From the sequence record MZ436830.1: a stretch of 64,000 nt of DNA; one strand, given 5' to 3'. Origin of the DNA: Escherichia phage JK1. A program made the translations under genes and the position numbers. The first letter of the stretch is position 1, and every line of letters begins with the position of its first letter. Shown here one piece after another: positions 46,595-56,349 of this stretch. The notes under the pieces are model-generated. The model was not told where the DNA came from. It ran no database searches and was given only the letters and a program-made list of their open reading frames with translations.

Positions 46595-46993
46595 TTATAC
46601 TCTATTACTGGAAGCCAGTTGTAGTTTTATCTGCTCAATGTCATCAGGGTTATCAATGACCGAAAAGCGTATTTCTACTATCAGAGTATAATCATCATAA
46701 ACTGGTATAACATTAACTGCTAATTTATCAATACGTGGCTCATAGTTTCTTACTGCGCTTTCGATATTACGCTCAACCGTGTCAGCAGTAAGAGGAGTCA
46801 TATTCTCAAAAAGTTGGTCAGATAAATCACATCCAAATTCAGGGTCAAACGGTCTTGAACCTTTTCTTGTTGTAATAATTCCTAAAAGACTATTTTTAAT
46901 TGACCTTAATCCAAGTGATCTTGAAACGTCTTTGTTCCAATCCATTTTCATCTCTGGGTCAATATCAGAATAAAGCTTATTAATATTTGCCAT
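46595..46993 (-). CDS. 25: gp25 baseplate wedge subunit
   Basis: 132 aa [28 protein letters not shown]...; T4 gp25. Confidence 0.95.
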   Translation of the reverse strand: MANINKLYSDIDPEMKMDWNKDVSRSLGLRSIKNSLLGIITTRKGSRPFDPEFGCDLSDQLFENMTPLTADTVERNIESAVRNYEPRIDKLAVNVIPVYDDYTLIVEIRFSVIDNPDDIEQIKLQLASSNRV

Positions 46994-47619
46994 TACAATA
47001 GCTCAAAGAATTCTTTGAGTCCTCTTATTACATGAGCGTGAGTTTTTCCACACTCTGGACACTTAATTGGAACAGCCAAATAAACGGTAGGCTTTAAAAG
47101 CATATCTTTTATAGCTACAATATCTGACTCTGTGATGATAGAATATAAATCTTCCAGTTCTTTTTCATTTAAGTCTTCAACTGGAATGCTTTCACCGTTA
47201 GCATGAATCGTTTCTATGCATGATACTATCATGTGGGCTATATTTTTATCATCAAAAATTTTAGGGTAATGGAATTTAATTTTAATGTCACCCAGTGTAT
47301 ACCAGAGGTCTTCTGGTGCATCTATTTGTGTATGTAATAGATTTATATGGGTTGGTATTTCAGTTCCACAGGTGCACTTCCAGGAGTTTTCGTGATTAAC
47401 TTCTCCAAGAGAATGCGCCCATAAATGAATCAACAATAGTTCTGATTCTTGGCGGTTTAAATCTTTTGCATTTGTGCAGTCTTTGATTAGCTTTTTAACA
47501 ATTACTTCTACGGAACCATTATTTTTGGCAGTAATAAGTTCTAGATATTCTTTAAGCGTGAATGCGCGACAATTGATTATTTTAGAACCAACTCTCACAT
47601 CAAATTTGTATTCATACAT
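46993..47619 (-). CDS. 26: gp26 baseplate hub subunit
   Basis: 208 aa, T4 length and order. Confidence 0.9.
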   Translation of the reverse strand: MYEYKFDVRVGSKIINCRAFTLKEYLELITAKNNGSVEVIVKKLIKDCTNAKDLNRQESELLLIHLWAHSLGEVNHENSWKCTCGTEIPTHINLLHTQIDAPEDLWYTLGDIKIKFHYPKIFDDKNIAHMIVSCIETIHANGESIPVEDLNEKELEDLYSIITESDIVAIKDMLLKPTVYLAVPIKCPECGKTHAHVIRGLKEFFELL

Positions 47620-47640
47620 ATTTAGCTCCTTTATTTATCA

Positions 47641-47652
47641 TATTTATAAATA
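47641..47652. promoter_or_regulatory. divergent overlapping late promoters (TATTTATAAATA) for genes 26 and 51
   Basis: TATAAATA on plus at 47645..47652 and on minus at 47648..47641, sharing a palindromic core. Confidence 0.6.
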
Positions 47653-47669
47653 GAATAAAAGGAGCATCT

Positions 47670-48419
47670 ATGGCAAACATTATTCGTTGTAAATTACCAG
47701 ATGGTGTTCATCGTTTTAAACCATTTACGGTAGAAGATTATCGAGATTTTTTGTTAGTTCGAAACGATATAGAACATCGGTCACCACAAGAACAAAAAGA
47801 AATAATTGCTGATTTAATTGCCGATTATTTTGGAGACTATCCGAAGACTTGGCAACCATTTATATTTTTGCAGGTATTTGTAGGGTCAATAGGTAAAACT
47901 AAAGTACCGGTCACATTTGTATGTCCAAAATGTAAAAAAGAAAAGACAGTTCCATTTGAAATATATCAAAAAGAATTAAAGGAACCTGTTTTTGATGTAG
48001 CTAATGTTAAAATTAAATTAAAGTTTCCTTCTGAGTTTTATGAAAATAAAGCAAAGATGATTACTGAAAATATTCATTCTGTTCAAGTAGATGAAATATG
48101 GTATGATTGGAAGGAAATTAGCGAGTCCAGTCAAATAGAACTAGTTGACGCCATCGAGATAGAAACATTAGAAAAAATTCTCGATGCAATGAATCCTATT
48201 AATTTAACTCTACATATGTCATGCTGTAATAAGTACATTAAAAAATACACTGATATAGTAGACGTGTTTAAGCTATTAGTTAACCCAGATGAGATATTTA
48301 CTTTTTATCAAATTAATCACACACTCGTAAAAAGTAATTATAGCTTAAATTCAATAATGAAAATGATTCCTGCCGAGCGCGGATTCGTATTAAAACTGAT
48401 TGAGAAGGATAAACAATAA
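47670..48419 (+). CDS. 51: gp51 baseplate hub assembly catalyst
   Basis: 249 aa, T4 length and order. Confidence 0.9.
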   Translation: MANIIRCKLPDGVHRFKPFTVEDYRDFLLVRNDIEHRSPQEQKEIIADLIADYFGDYPKTWQPFIFLQVFVGSIGKTKVPVTFVCPKCKKEKTVPFEIYQKELKEPVFDVANVKIKLKFPSEFYENKAKMITENIHSVQVDEIWYDWKEISESSQIELVDAIEIETLEKILDAMNPINLTLHMSCCNKYIKKYTDIVDVFKLLVNPDEIFTFYQINHTLVKSNYSLNSIMKMIPAERGFVLKLIEKDKQ

Positions 48420-49594
48420 TGAGTATGTTGCAACGCCCCGGATATCCAAATCTCAGCGTTAAATTATTTGATAGCTACGACGCTTGGAGTAATAATAGAT
48501 TTGTTGAATTAGCTGCTACTATTACCACATTAACTATGCGGGATTCTCTTTATGGACGAAATGAAGGAATGCTGCAGTTTTATGATTCTAAAAATATCCA
48601 CACAAAAATGGATGGAAATGAAATAATTCAAATTTCTGTAGCTAATGCAAACGATATTAATAATGTTAAAACACGAATTTATGGATGCAAGCATTTTTCC
48701 GTGTCAGTAGATTCAAAAGGTGATAACATCATTGCTATTGAATTGGGAACTATTCATTCTATAGAAAATCTTAAATTTGGTAGACCATTTTTCCCTGATG
48801 CAGGTGAATCTATAAAAGAAATGCTTGGTGTCATTTATCAAGACCGCACATTATTAACTCCAGCAATAAATGCTATAAATGCTTATGTTCCTGATATTCC
48901 ATGGACTAGTACATTTGAAAATTATTTGTCCTATGTAAGAGAAGTTGCTCTAGCTGTAGGAAGTGACAAATTTGTATTTGTGTGGCAAGACATCATGGGA
49001 GTTAACATGATGGACTATGATATGATGATAAATCAAGAACCATATCCAATGATTGTCGGCGAGCCATCTTTAATAGGTCAATTCATCCAAGAATTAAAAT
49101 ATCCATTAGCATATGATTTCGTTTGGTTGACTAAATCGAATCCTCACAAACGTGACCCAATGAAAAATGCTACTATCTATGCGCATTCATTTTTAGATTC
49201 TTCATTGCCAATGATTACTACGGGAAAGGGCGAAAACTCTATTGTAGTGTCAAGGTCAGGTGCTTATTCTGAAATGACTTATAGGAATGGCTATGAAGAA
49301 GCTATTCGTCTTCAAACTATGGCGCAATACGATGGCTATGCTAAATGTTCTACTGTCGGTAATTTTAACTTGACTCCTGGCGTTAAAATTATTTTTAATG
49401 ATAGTAAAAACCAATTTAAAACAGAATTTTACGTTGATGAAGTCATCCATGAATTATCCAATAATAATTCAGTAACTCATCTATATATGTTCACTAATGC
49501 AACGAAACTGGAAACAATAGACCCAGTTAAGGTTAAAAATGAATTTAAATCTGATACTACCACTGAAGAAAGTAGTTCTTCCAATAAGCAATAA
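48419..49594 (+). CDS. 27: gp27 baseplate hub subunit
   Basis: 391 aa, T4 length and order. Confidence 0.95.
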   Translation: MSMLQRPGYPNLSVKLFDSYDAWSNNRFVELAATITTLTMRDSLYGRNEGMLQFYDSKNIHTKMDGNEIIQISVANANDINNVKTRIYGCKHFSVSVDSKGDNIIAIELGTIHSIENLKFGRPFFPDAGESIKEMLGVIYQDRTLLTPAINAINAYVPDIPWTSTFENYLSYVREVALAVGSDKFVFVWQDIMGVNMMDYDMMINQEPYPMIVGEPSLIGQFIQELKYPLAYDFVWLTKSNPHKRDPMKNATIYAHSFLDSSLPMITTGKGENSIVVSRSGAYSEMTYRNGYEEAIRLQTMAQYDGYAKCSTVGNFNLTPGVKIIFNDSKNQFKTEFYVDEVIHELSNNNSVTHLYMFTNATKLETIDPVKVKNEFKSDTTTEESSSSNKQ

Positions 49595-50072
49595 AGAAGT
49601 TTCTATTCCTAAAATGGGTCTTAAACACTATAACATTTTAAAAGATGTTAAAGGTCCTGATGAAAATTTAAAACTTCTTATTGATTCTATTTGTCCGAAT
49701 TTATCACCGGCAGAAGTTGATTTCGTTTCTATTCATCTATTGGAATTTAATGGAAAGATTAAATCTCGTAAAGAAATAGATGGTTATACTTATGACATTA
49801 ATGATGTTTATGTATGCCAAAGATTGGAATTTCAATACCAAGGAAATACATTTTATTTTAGACCTCCTGGAAAATTTGAACAATTTTTAACTGTAAGCGA
49901 TATGTTATCCAAATGCTTGCTTAAGGTCAATGATGAAGTTAAAGAAATTAATTTTCTTGAGATGCCAGCATTCGTTTTAAAATGGGCAAATGATATTTTT
50001 ACAACTTTAGCAATTCCTGGCCCTAATGGTCCAATAACCGGAATTGGCAATATTATTGGATTATTTGAATGA
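49539..50072 (+). CDS. 28: gp28 baseplate hub distal subunit
   Basis: 177 aa; ATG at 49539 overlapping the 3' end of gene 27 by 56 nt. Confidence 0.85.
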   Translation: MNLNLILPLKKVVLPISNKEVSIPKMGLKHYNILKDVKGPDENLKLLIDSICPNLSPAEVDFVSIHLLEFNGKIKSRKEIDGYTYDINDVYVCQRLEFQYQGNTFYFRPPGKFEQFLTVSDMLSKCLLKVNDEVKEINFLEMPAFVLKWANDIFTTLAIPGPNGPITGIGNIIGLFE

Positions 50073-51841
50073 AAAAGCCACAAGAAATGCAAACGATGCG
50101 TAGAAAAGTTATTTCAGATAATAAACCAACACAGGAAGCGGCTAAATCCGCTTCCAACACTTTATCTGGACTTAACGATATATCTATGAAATTGGATGAT
50201 GCTCAAGCTGCCTCTGAATTAATAGCTCAAACTGTCGAAGAAAAATCGAATGAAATAGTTGGAGCAATTGACAACGTAGAAAGCGCAGTGAGTGATACTA
50301 CCGCAGGTTCTGAGTTAATTGCCGAAACTGTTGAAATTGGCAATAATATCAATAAAGAAATAGGCGAATCACTCGGAAGCAAATTAGATAAATTAACGAG
50401 TTTATTAGAACAAAAAATTCAGACAGCTGGAATTCAACAGACTGGAACGAGTTTAGCAGTAGTCGAAAATGCTATTCCTGTTAAAGTTGTTGAGGATGAT
50501 ACAGCTGAATCTGTGGGTCCTTTATTACCGGCCCCTGAAGCAGTTAATAATGATCCTGACGCTGATTTTTTCCCTACCCCTCAGCCAGTTGAACCCAAAC
50601 AAGAATCGCCAGAAGAAAAACAGAAAAAAGAAGCATTTAACTTAAAATTATCTCAAGCTTTAGATAAATTAACGAAGACTGTTGATTTTGGATTTAAAAA
50701 ATCCATTTCAATTACTGATAAAATATCAAGCATGCTATTTAAGTACACCGTCAGTGCTGCTATTGAAGCTGCTAAAATGACTGCAATGATATTGGCTGTT
50801 GTTGTTGGAATAGACCTGTTGATGGTTCATTTTAAATACTGGTCAGATAAATTTTCAAAAGCCTGGGATTTATATAGTGGCAACTTTACTAAATTCTCTA
50901 GCGAAACTGGAACATGGGGTCCTTTATTACAGAGCATCTTTGATTCTATTGATAAAATTAAACAACTTTGGGAAGCGGGAGATTGGGGTGGATTGACAAC
51001 AGCTATTGTTGAAGGGCTCGGAAGTGTTCTTTTTAATTTAGGAGAGCTTATTCAATTAGGTATGGCTAAATTATCTGCAGCAATTCTTCGAGTCATTCCT
51101 GGCATGAAGGATACTGCTGATGAAGTAGAAGGAAGAGCACTGGAAAATTTCCAAAATACTACTGGAGCATCTCTCAATAAAGAAGACCAGGAAAAAGTTG
51201 CAAATTATCAAGATAAACGAATGAACGGAGACCTTGGTCCGATAGCAAAAGGATTAGATAAAATTGCTAATTGGAAAACTCGTGCATCTAATTGGATTCG
51301 TGGGGTTGATAATAAAGAAGCACTAACTACCGACGAAGAACGTGCAGCAGAAGAAGAAAAATTAAAGCAACTTTCACCTGAAGAAAGAAAAAATGCTTTA
51401 ATGAAGGCTAATGAAGCCCGTGCCGCAATGATTCGCTTTGAAAAATATGCTGATTCAGCTGATATGAGTAAAGACTCAACGGTTAAATCTGTTGAATCTG
51501 CCTATGAAGACCTTAAAAAACGGATGGATGACCCGGATTTAAATAATTCACCGGCAGTTAAAAAAGAACTTGCTGCTAGATTTTCTAAAATTGATGCTAC
51601 TTATCAAGAGCTCAAGAAAAATCAGCCTAATGCCAAACCTGAAACTTCTGCTAAATCGCCAGAAGCAAAACAAGTCCAGGTAATAGAAAAGAACAAAGCA
51701 CAGCAAGCTCCTGTTCAACAAGCATCTCCTTCAATCAACAATACTAATAATGTTATTAAGAAAAATACTGTCGTTCATAATATGACACCTGTCACAAGCA
51801 CAACTGCTCCTGGTGTATTTGATGCGACTGGGGTTAATTAA
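50069..51841 (+). CDS. 29: gp29 baseplate hub subunit / tail length determinator
   Basis: 590 aa, T4 length and order. Confidence 0.9.
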   Translation: MKKPQEMQTMRRKVISDNKPTQEAAKSASNTLSGLNDISMKLDDAQAASELIAQTVEEKSNEIVGAIDNVESAVSDTTAGSELIAETVEIGNNINKEIGESLGSKLDKLTSLLEQKIQTAGIQQTGTSLAVVENAIPVKVVEDDTAESVGPLLPAPEAVNNDPDADFFPTPQPVEPKQESPEEKQKKEAFNLKLSQALDKLTKTVDFGFKKSISITDKISSMLFKYTVSAAIEAAKMTAMILAVVVGIDLLMVHFKYWSDKFSKAWDLYSGNFTKFSSETGTWGPLLQSIFDSIDKIKQLWEAGDWGGLTTAIVEGLGSVLFNLGELIQLGMAKLSAAILRVIPGMKDTADEVEGRALENFQNTTGASLNKEDQEKVANYQDKRMNGDLGPIAKGLDKIANWKTRASNWIRGVDNKEALTTDEERAAEEEKLKQLSPEERKNALMKANEARAAMIRFEKYADSADMSKDSTVKSVESAYEDLKKRMDDPDLNNSPAVKKELAARFSKIDATYQELKKNQPNAKPETSAKSPEAKQVQVIEKNKAQQAPVQQASPSINNTNNVIKKNTVVHNMTPVTSTTAPGVFDATGVN

Positions 51842-51849
51842 GGAATAAT

Positions 51850-52944
51850 ATGGCAATTGTTAAAGAAATAACTGCTGATTTAATTAAAAAGTCCGGTGAG
51901 AAAATTTCAGCCGGACAGAGTACTAAATCAGAAGTAGGAACTAAAACATACACAGCCCAGTTTCCAACTGGGCGTGCTAGTGGTAATGACACTACAGGGG
52001 ACTTCCAGGTAACAGATCTATATAAGAATGGATTATTATTTACTGCATACAATATGTCATCTAGGGATTCTGGAAGTCTTAGATCGATGAGATCTAACTA
52101 CTCTTCTTCATCTTCGAGTATTTTACGTACAGCCAGAAACACTATCAGTAATACAGTATCAAAACTGTCAAATGGATTAATATCAGATAATAATTCAGGA
52201 ACAATAAGTAAAGCCCCTGTTGCAAATATTCTTTTACCAAGATCTAAATCCGATGTTGATACATCATCACATAGATTTAATGATGTTCAAGAAAGTCTTA
52301 TCAGCAGAGGCGGAGGTACTGCTACTGGTGTGCTAAGTAATATTGCTTCAACTGCAGTATTTGGAGCACTGGAAAGTATAACACAAGGTATAATGGCTGA
52401 TAATAATGAACAAATATACACTACGGCTCGAAGTATGTATGGTGGTGCTGAAAATAGAACTAAAGTGTTTACTTGGGATTTGACTCCACGTTCAACAGAA
52501 GATTTAATGGCTATTATTAATATCTATCAATATTTTAACTATTTTTCTTATGGTGAAACTGGTAAATCTCAATATGCTGCTGAAATAAAGGGGTATTTAG
52601 ATGATTGGTATCGTTCTACGTTAATTGAACCTTTATCTCCGGAAGACGCAGCTAAAAATAAAACACTATTTGAGAAAATGACATCGAGTTTAACTAACGT
52701 TCTAGTAGTTTCAAACCCGACAATTTGGATGGTGAAAAACTTTGGTGCAACATCTAAGTTTGATGGAAAAACGGAAATATTTGGCCCATGCCAAATACAA
52801 AGCATCAGATTTGATAAAACACCTAATGGTAACTTTAACGGATTAGCTATTGCTCCAAACCTCCCTAGTACATTTACTCTTGAGATTACTATGAGAGAAA
52901 TTATCACGTTAAACCGTGCTTCTTTATATGCGGGGACTTTTTAA
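51850..52944 (+). CDS. 48: gp48 baseplate tail tube cap
   Basis: 364 aa, T4 length and order. Confidence 0.9.
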   Translation: MAIVKEITADLIKKSGEKISAGQSTKSEVGTKTYTAQFPTGRASGNDTTGDFQVTDLYKNGLLFTAYNMSSRDSGSLRSMRSNYSSSSSSILRTARNTISNTVSKLSNGLISDNNSGTISKAPVANILLPRSKSDVDTSSHRFNDVQESLISRGGGTATGVLSNIASTAVFGALESITQGIMADNNEQIYTTARSMYGGAENRTKVFTWDLTPRSTEDLMAIINIYQYFNYFSYGETGKSQYAAEIKGYLDDWYRSTLIEPLSPEDAAKNKTLFEKMTSSLTNVLVVSNPTIWMVKNFGATSKFDGKTEIFGPCQIQSIRFDKTPNGNFNGLAIAPNLPSTFTLEITMREIITLNRASLYAGTF

Positions 52945-53909
52945 TGTATTCTTTAGAGGAATTTAATAATCAAGCAATAAACGCAGATTTCCAACGTAAT
53001 AATATGTTTAGCTGCGTTTTTGCGACAACTCCATCAACTAAAAGCTCTTCGTTGATAAGTTCAATTAGCAACTTTTCTTATAATAACTTGGGCCTAAATT
53101 CAGATTGGTTAGGATTGACTCAAGGTGATATTAATCAGGGAATTACCACGCTAATTACTGCTGGCACACAAAAACTGATAAGAAAATCAGGGGTTAGTAA
53201 ATATCTTATTGGTGCCATGAGTCAACGTACAGTTCAAAGTTTATTAGGCTCATTTACAGTTGGTACATATTTAATTGACTTCTTTAACATGGCATATAAC
53301 TCATCTGGATTGATGATATACTCTGTAAAAATGCCAGAGAATAGATTATCCTATGAAACTGACTGGAACTACAATTCTCCTAATATTCGCATAACCGGGA
53401 GAGAATTAGACCCTTTGGTTATTTCATTTAGAATGGATTCAGAAGCTTGTAACTATCGTGCAATGCAAGACTGGGTTAACTCCGTTCAAGACCCAGTAAC
53501 TGGATTACGCGCTTTGCCACAGGATGTCGAGGCAGATATTCAGGTTAATCTTCATTCTCGTAATGGATTGCCTCATACTGCGGTGATGTTCACCGGATGC
53601 ATTCCAATATCAGTGAGCGCTCCTGAGTTATCATATGATGGAGATAACCAAATAACTACATTTGATGTTACTTTTGCGTACAGAGTGATGCAGGCTGGAG
53701 CGGTTGATAGGCAAGCTGCGCTTGAATGGCTTGAATCTGCTGCTATAAATGGTATTCAAAGCGTTCTCGGAAATAGTGGAGGTGTTACTGGACTATCTAA
53801 TTCGCTTTCACGACTTAGTAGATTAGGAGGGACTGCTGGAAGCATTTCAAACATTAATACTATGACAGGAATTGTTAATTCGCAGAGTAAAATATTAGGA
53901 GCAATATAA
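52944..53909 (+). CDS. 54: gp54 baseplate tail tube initiator
   Basis: 321 aa, T4 length and order. Confidence 0.9.
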   Translation: MYSLEEFNNQAINADFQRNNMFSCVFATTPSTKSSSLISSISNFSYNNLGLNSDWLGLTQGDINQGITTLITAGTQKLIRKSGVSKYLIGAMSQRTVQSLLGSFTVGTYLIDFFNMAYNSSGLMIYSVKMPENRLSYETDWNYNSPNIRITGRELDPLVISFRMDSEACNYRAMQDWVNSVQDPVTGLRALPQDVEADIQVNLHSRNGLPHTAVMFTGCIPISVSAPELSYDGDNQITTFDVTFAYRVMQAGAVDRQAALEWLESAAINGIQSVLGNSGGVTGLSNSLSRLSRLGGTAGSISNINTMTGIVNSQSKILGAI

Positions 53910-53913
53910 CAAT

Positions 53914-53945
53914 GGGGACCTTTCGGTCCCCATATTTTTATTTAC
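53914..53945. terminator. bidirectional terminator between gene 54 and the minus-strand alt region
   Basis: GGGGACC-TTTC-GGTCCCC followed by ATATTTTTATTT on plus; on minus it lies just 3' of the 53938..54228 gene stop. Confidence 0.7.
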
Positions 53946-54228
53946 GGAATGAAATGAAAGCAGAAACTGAAGCAACTAAACTGTCTTCAATATAAACTTC
54001 AATTTTTACCGGAGCTTCTGACTCGAATTTACCTGTTACTACACCTTGGAAAATACTTTCAGTTTGTTCTGGCTTTGAAAAATTTTCAGAAGGAAAAATT
54101 CCGAACTTTTTATCTGTTCCAAAAATTTTGATAAATTCATCATAAACTGCTTCATTAAAAGCATTATCAGCAGGAATAACGCCTTCAACTACAAGTTCTT
54201 GACCCAAAAAGCGCAAAGAAGATTTCAT
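53938..54228 (-). CDS. hypothetical protein (alt.-3-like by position)
   Basis: ORF track 96 aa, downstream of the alt genes. Confidence 0.6.
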   Translation of the reverse strand: MKSSLRFLGQELVVEGVIPADNAFNEAVYDEFIKIFGTDKKFGIFPSENFSKPEQTESIFQGVVTGKFESEAPVKIEVYIEDSLVASVSAFISFRK

Positions 54229-54288
54229 TTTGTGTTCCTCATGTTATGTCAGTAAGACTACTATAACACAACACGAGGGACTTGTAAA

Positions 54289-56346
54289 CTACATCTTGAA
54301 CTTTTTAGACATTCCGTTGATGTTAACCAAAGAAGCCAAGATTTGAGAAACTTCGTTTTCCTCTTCTTTTGATTCTTCTACAAGGAATTGATTAAATCCA
54401 GCCATTGGACGAACTTCACCAGTTTCCATTAAATGGTCGCCATCATATACTGATTCTTCTAATTGTTCAGAAGGAGGAACGATTGTACCTTCTATTAGAT
54501 ACTTGTTATAAGCAGTTTCTTTCATAAAGTACGTGCTCACTTTATTAATCTTCAGTAAAATTCCACGCGGTAGAATAACTTCAGCTTCTGATGGAAATCC
54601 TGATAAATGACCTGGAACGATAACTTTGATTCGCTCAGCTCCTTTAATTACCATACCCACGCTAGTTTCAGCATCTTCATTAGCATATGTAGAATGACTA
54701 CCCATATGCATCAAATCTTCTGCATCAACGGAACCTTCTCCTTCACCAGAAAATACTGCGCCGGAATCATCTAGAGCCATATAGTTTTTACCATGCTCAC
54801 CGAAGATATTTGGTTTAAGCGATGTGGATACGAAGTTCTTGAAATAGAACATTTTATTTTCAATGTTATGACGCAAAGTTTTAAAGGTAACTTCTTGCCC
54901 ACGATAAAGAGTAGTTCCTGGAGGAAGAACAGAACCTTTAGCAAATGCAGAATCCAACGTCTCGATGTGTTTAATAGCTCGTTCCATATATTCTTCACGG
55001 GTAGAATCAGGTTTACCTAAAAGGAACGAGTTCATTTCAACATATGAATCTGCACAATAATCTTCAATTACATCAGATTCAGCTTGGGTTAATCCTTTTG
55101 GAGTTACTTCGGTGCTTGCGTATTCATATGCCTGAGCAGCAGATTCATTAATCAATTTATAAATGCCATTCATTACAAATTGAATAATAGCTGTCTTTTC
55201 ATCTGGCGTAGCTTTAGAACCTTTAACCAAATCATTGATAATTTTCTTAATAACATCAAAGCTATTAGAAATATTAATGTCAGCAAGATCGCTTAAAATT
55301 TTATCAGTTTTATAATCAAAGAATTCTTTATTCTTTAAATATTCTTGAGAACCTTGATATGTTATATCGCTCTGCAACTTGATGGATGGATCACGTAAAC
55401 GTGCATGGGCTAATGCAATATGATTTCGGAAACTTTCTAGTTCATAATCGTTAGATTTAAAACGAGAAGCACTCCTCATACCACCGATAGCTCCTTTGCT
55501 GAAGTTTGAACCAATCTGAATAACGCCAGAGTTCATTGGTCCTTCTGCTTTATATACCGGAACTTTAGATTCAAACTCTTGATATTTCTTAGCAGCGAAG
55601 CTATCACCCTGAAGTGAAGCATCAACAGTAGAATATTGAGCTTGTGCTGCTAATCGACGACTAATTTTAGTTTTCTGAATAACAGCTTGATCCGTGCGCT
55701 TATCATTTTCTAAAGCAATAGAAGCAGCGACAGCGACAGCTTTAGGAACAGCATTACCTGTTTTAACGTCTACATAAACATCACCAACCTTTGATTCAAC
55801 TTTTGTGAATAACTCAGTTGAAATAGGAGGTACACCTGGAATGTCTTCTAAATTGGCATTTTTACGGTAAACCATAATATATGCATATTTCTTATCATAG
55901 TCCCAGATTTCCTTTAAAAGAACATATCGACCTGCTCCTTTAGTACGTACTAAACGGTCAGCAATAACTTGCATTTGACGAGCTGCGCCATTTGTTTTAC
56001 TTTTTAGTACGCGGAATAGGCATGCGTCGATTTTATACTGTTTCATTGTTTGAAGAGCAGTATCAAAAACAGCATTAATGACGCCAATTGGATTTCCACC
56101 CAAGTTTCTAAGCTTGACTAACGATAATTTCTCGTTGACACCTATCATTACGATATGCATCATTTTGTCGCCTGGCTTAACGTTTTTATTCGTATCACCG
56201 CCAGAGGTGTATGTACAAAATCTAAATCCAGGAAGAACGCTTTCTTCACCGGCTTGAATAGCAAAAATTTGTGGTATTTTATGCTTAGGATTTAAGTTAA
56301 CAACCGGCGCCGAAGCGCCGTCAAATAATTCTGTAATAAGTTCCAT
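54289..56346 (-). CDS. Alt-family ADP-ribosyltransferase paralogue (685 aa)
   Basis: N-terminus MELITELFDG... like Alt; C-terminal R-S-EXE-type elements YRGQEV, FVSTSL, EAEVILPRG; central region differs from the adjacent copy. Confidence 0.8.
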   Translation of the reverse strand: MELITELFDGASAPVVNLNPKHKIPQIFAIQAGEESVLPGFRFCTYTSGGDTNKNVKPGDKMMHIVMIGVNEKLSLVKLRNLGGNPIGVINAVFDTALQTMKQYKIDACLFRVLKSKTNGAARQMQVIADRLVRTKGAGRYVLLKEIWDYDKKYAYIMVYRKNANLEDIPGVPPISTELFTKVESKVGDVYVDVKTGNAVPKAVAVAASIALENDKRTDQAVIQKTKISRRLAAQAQYSTVDASLQGDSFAAKKYQEFESKVPVYKAEGPMNSGVIQIGSNFSKGAIGGMRSASRFKSNDYELESFRNHIALAHARLRDPSIKLQSDITYQGSQEYLKNKEFFDYKTDKILSDLADINISNSFDVIKKIINDLVKGSKATPDEKTAIIQFVMNGIYKLINESAAQAYEYASTEVTPKGLTQAESDVIEDYCADSYVEMNSFLLGKPDSTREEYMERAIKHIETLDSAFAKGSVLPPGTTLYRGQEVTFKTLRHNIENKMFYFKNFVSTSLKPNIFGEHGKNYMALDDSGAVFSGEGEGSVDAEDLMHMGSHSTYANEDAETSVGMVIKGAERIKVIVPGHLSGFPSEAEVILPRGILLKINKVSTYFMKETAYNKYLIEGTIVPPSEQLEESVYDGDHLMETGEVRPMAGFNQFLVEESKEEENEVSQILASLVNINGMSKKFKM

Positions 56347-56349
56347 GAT

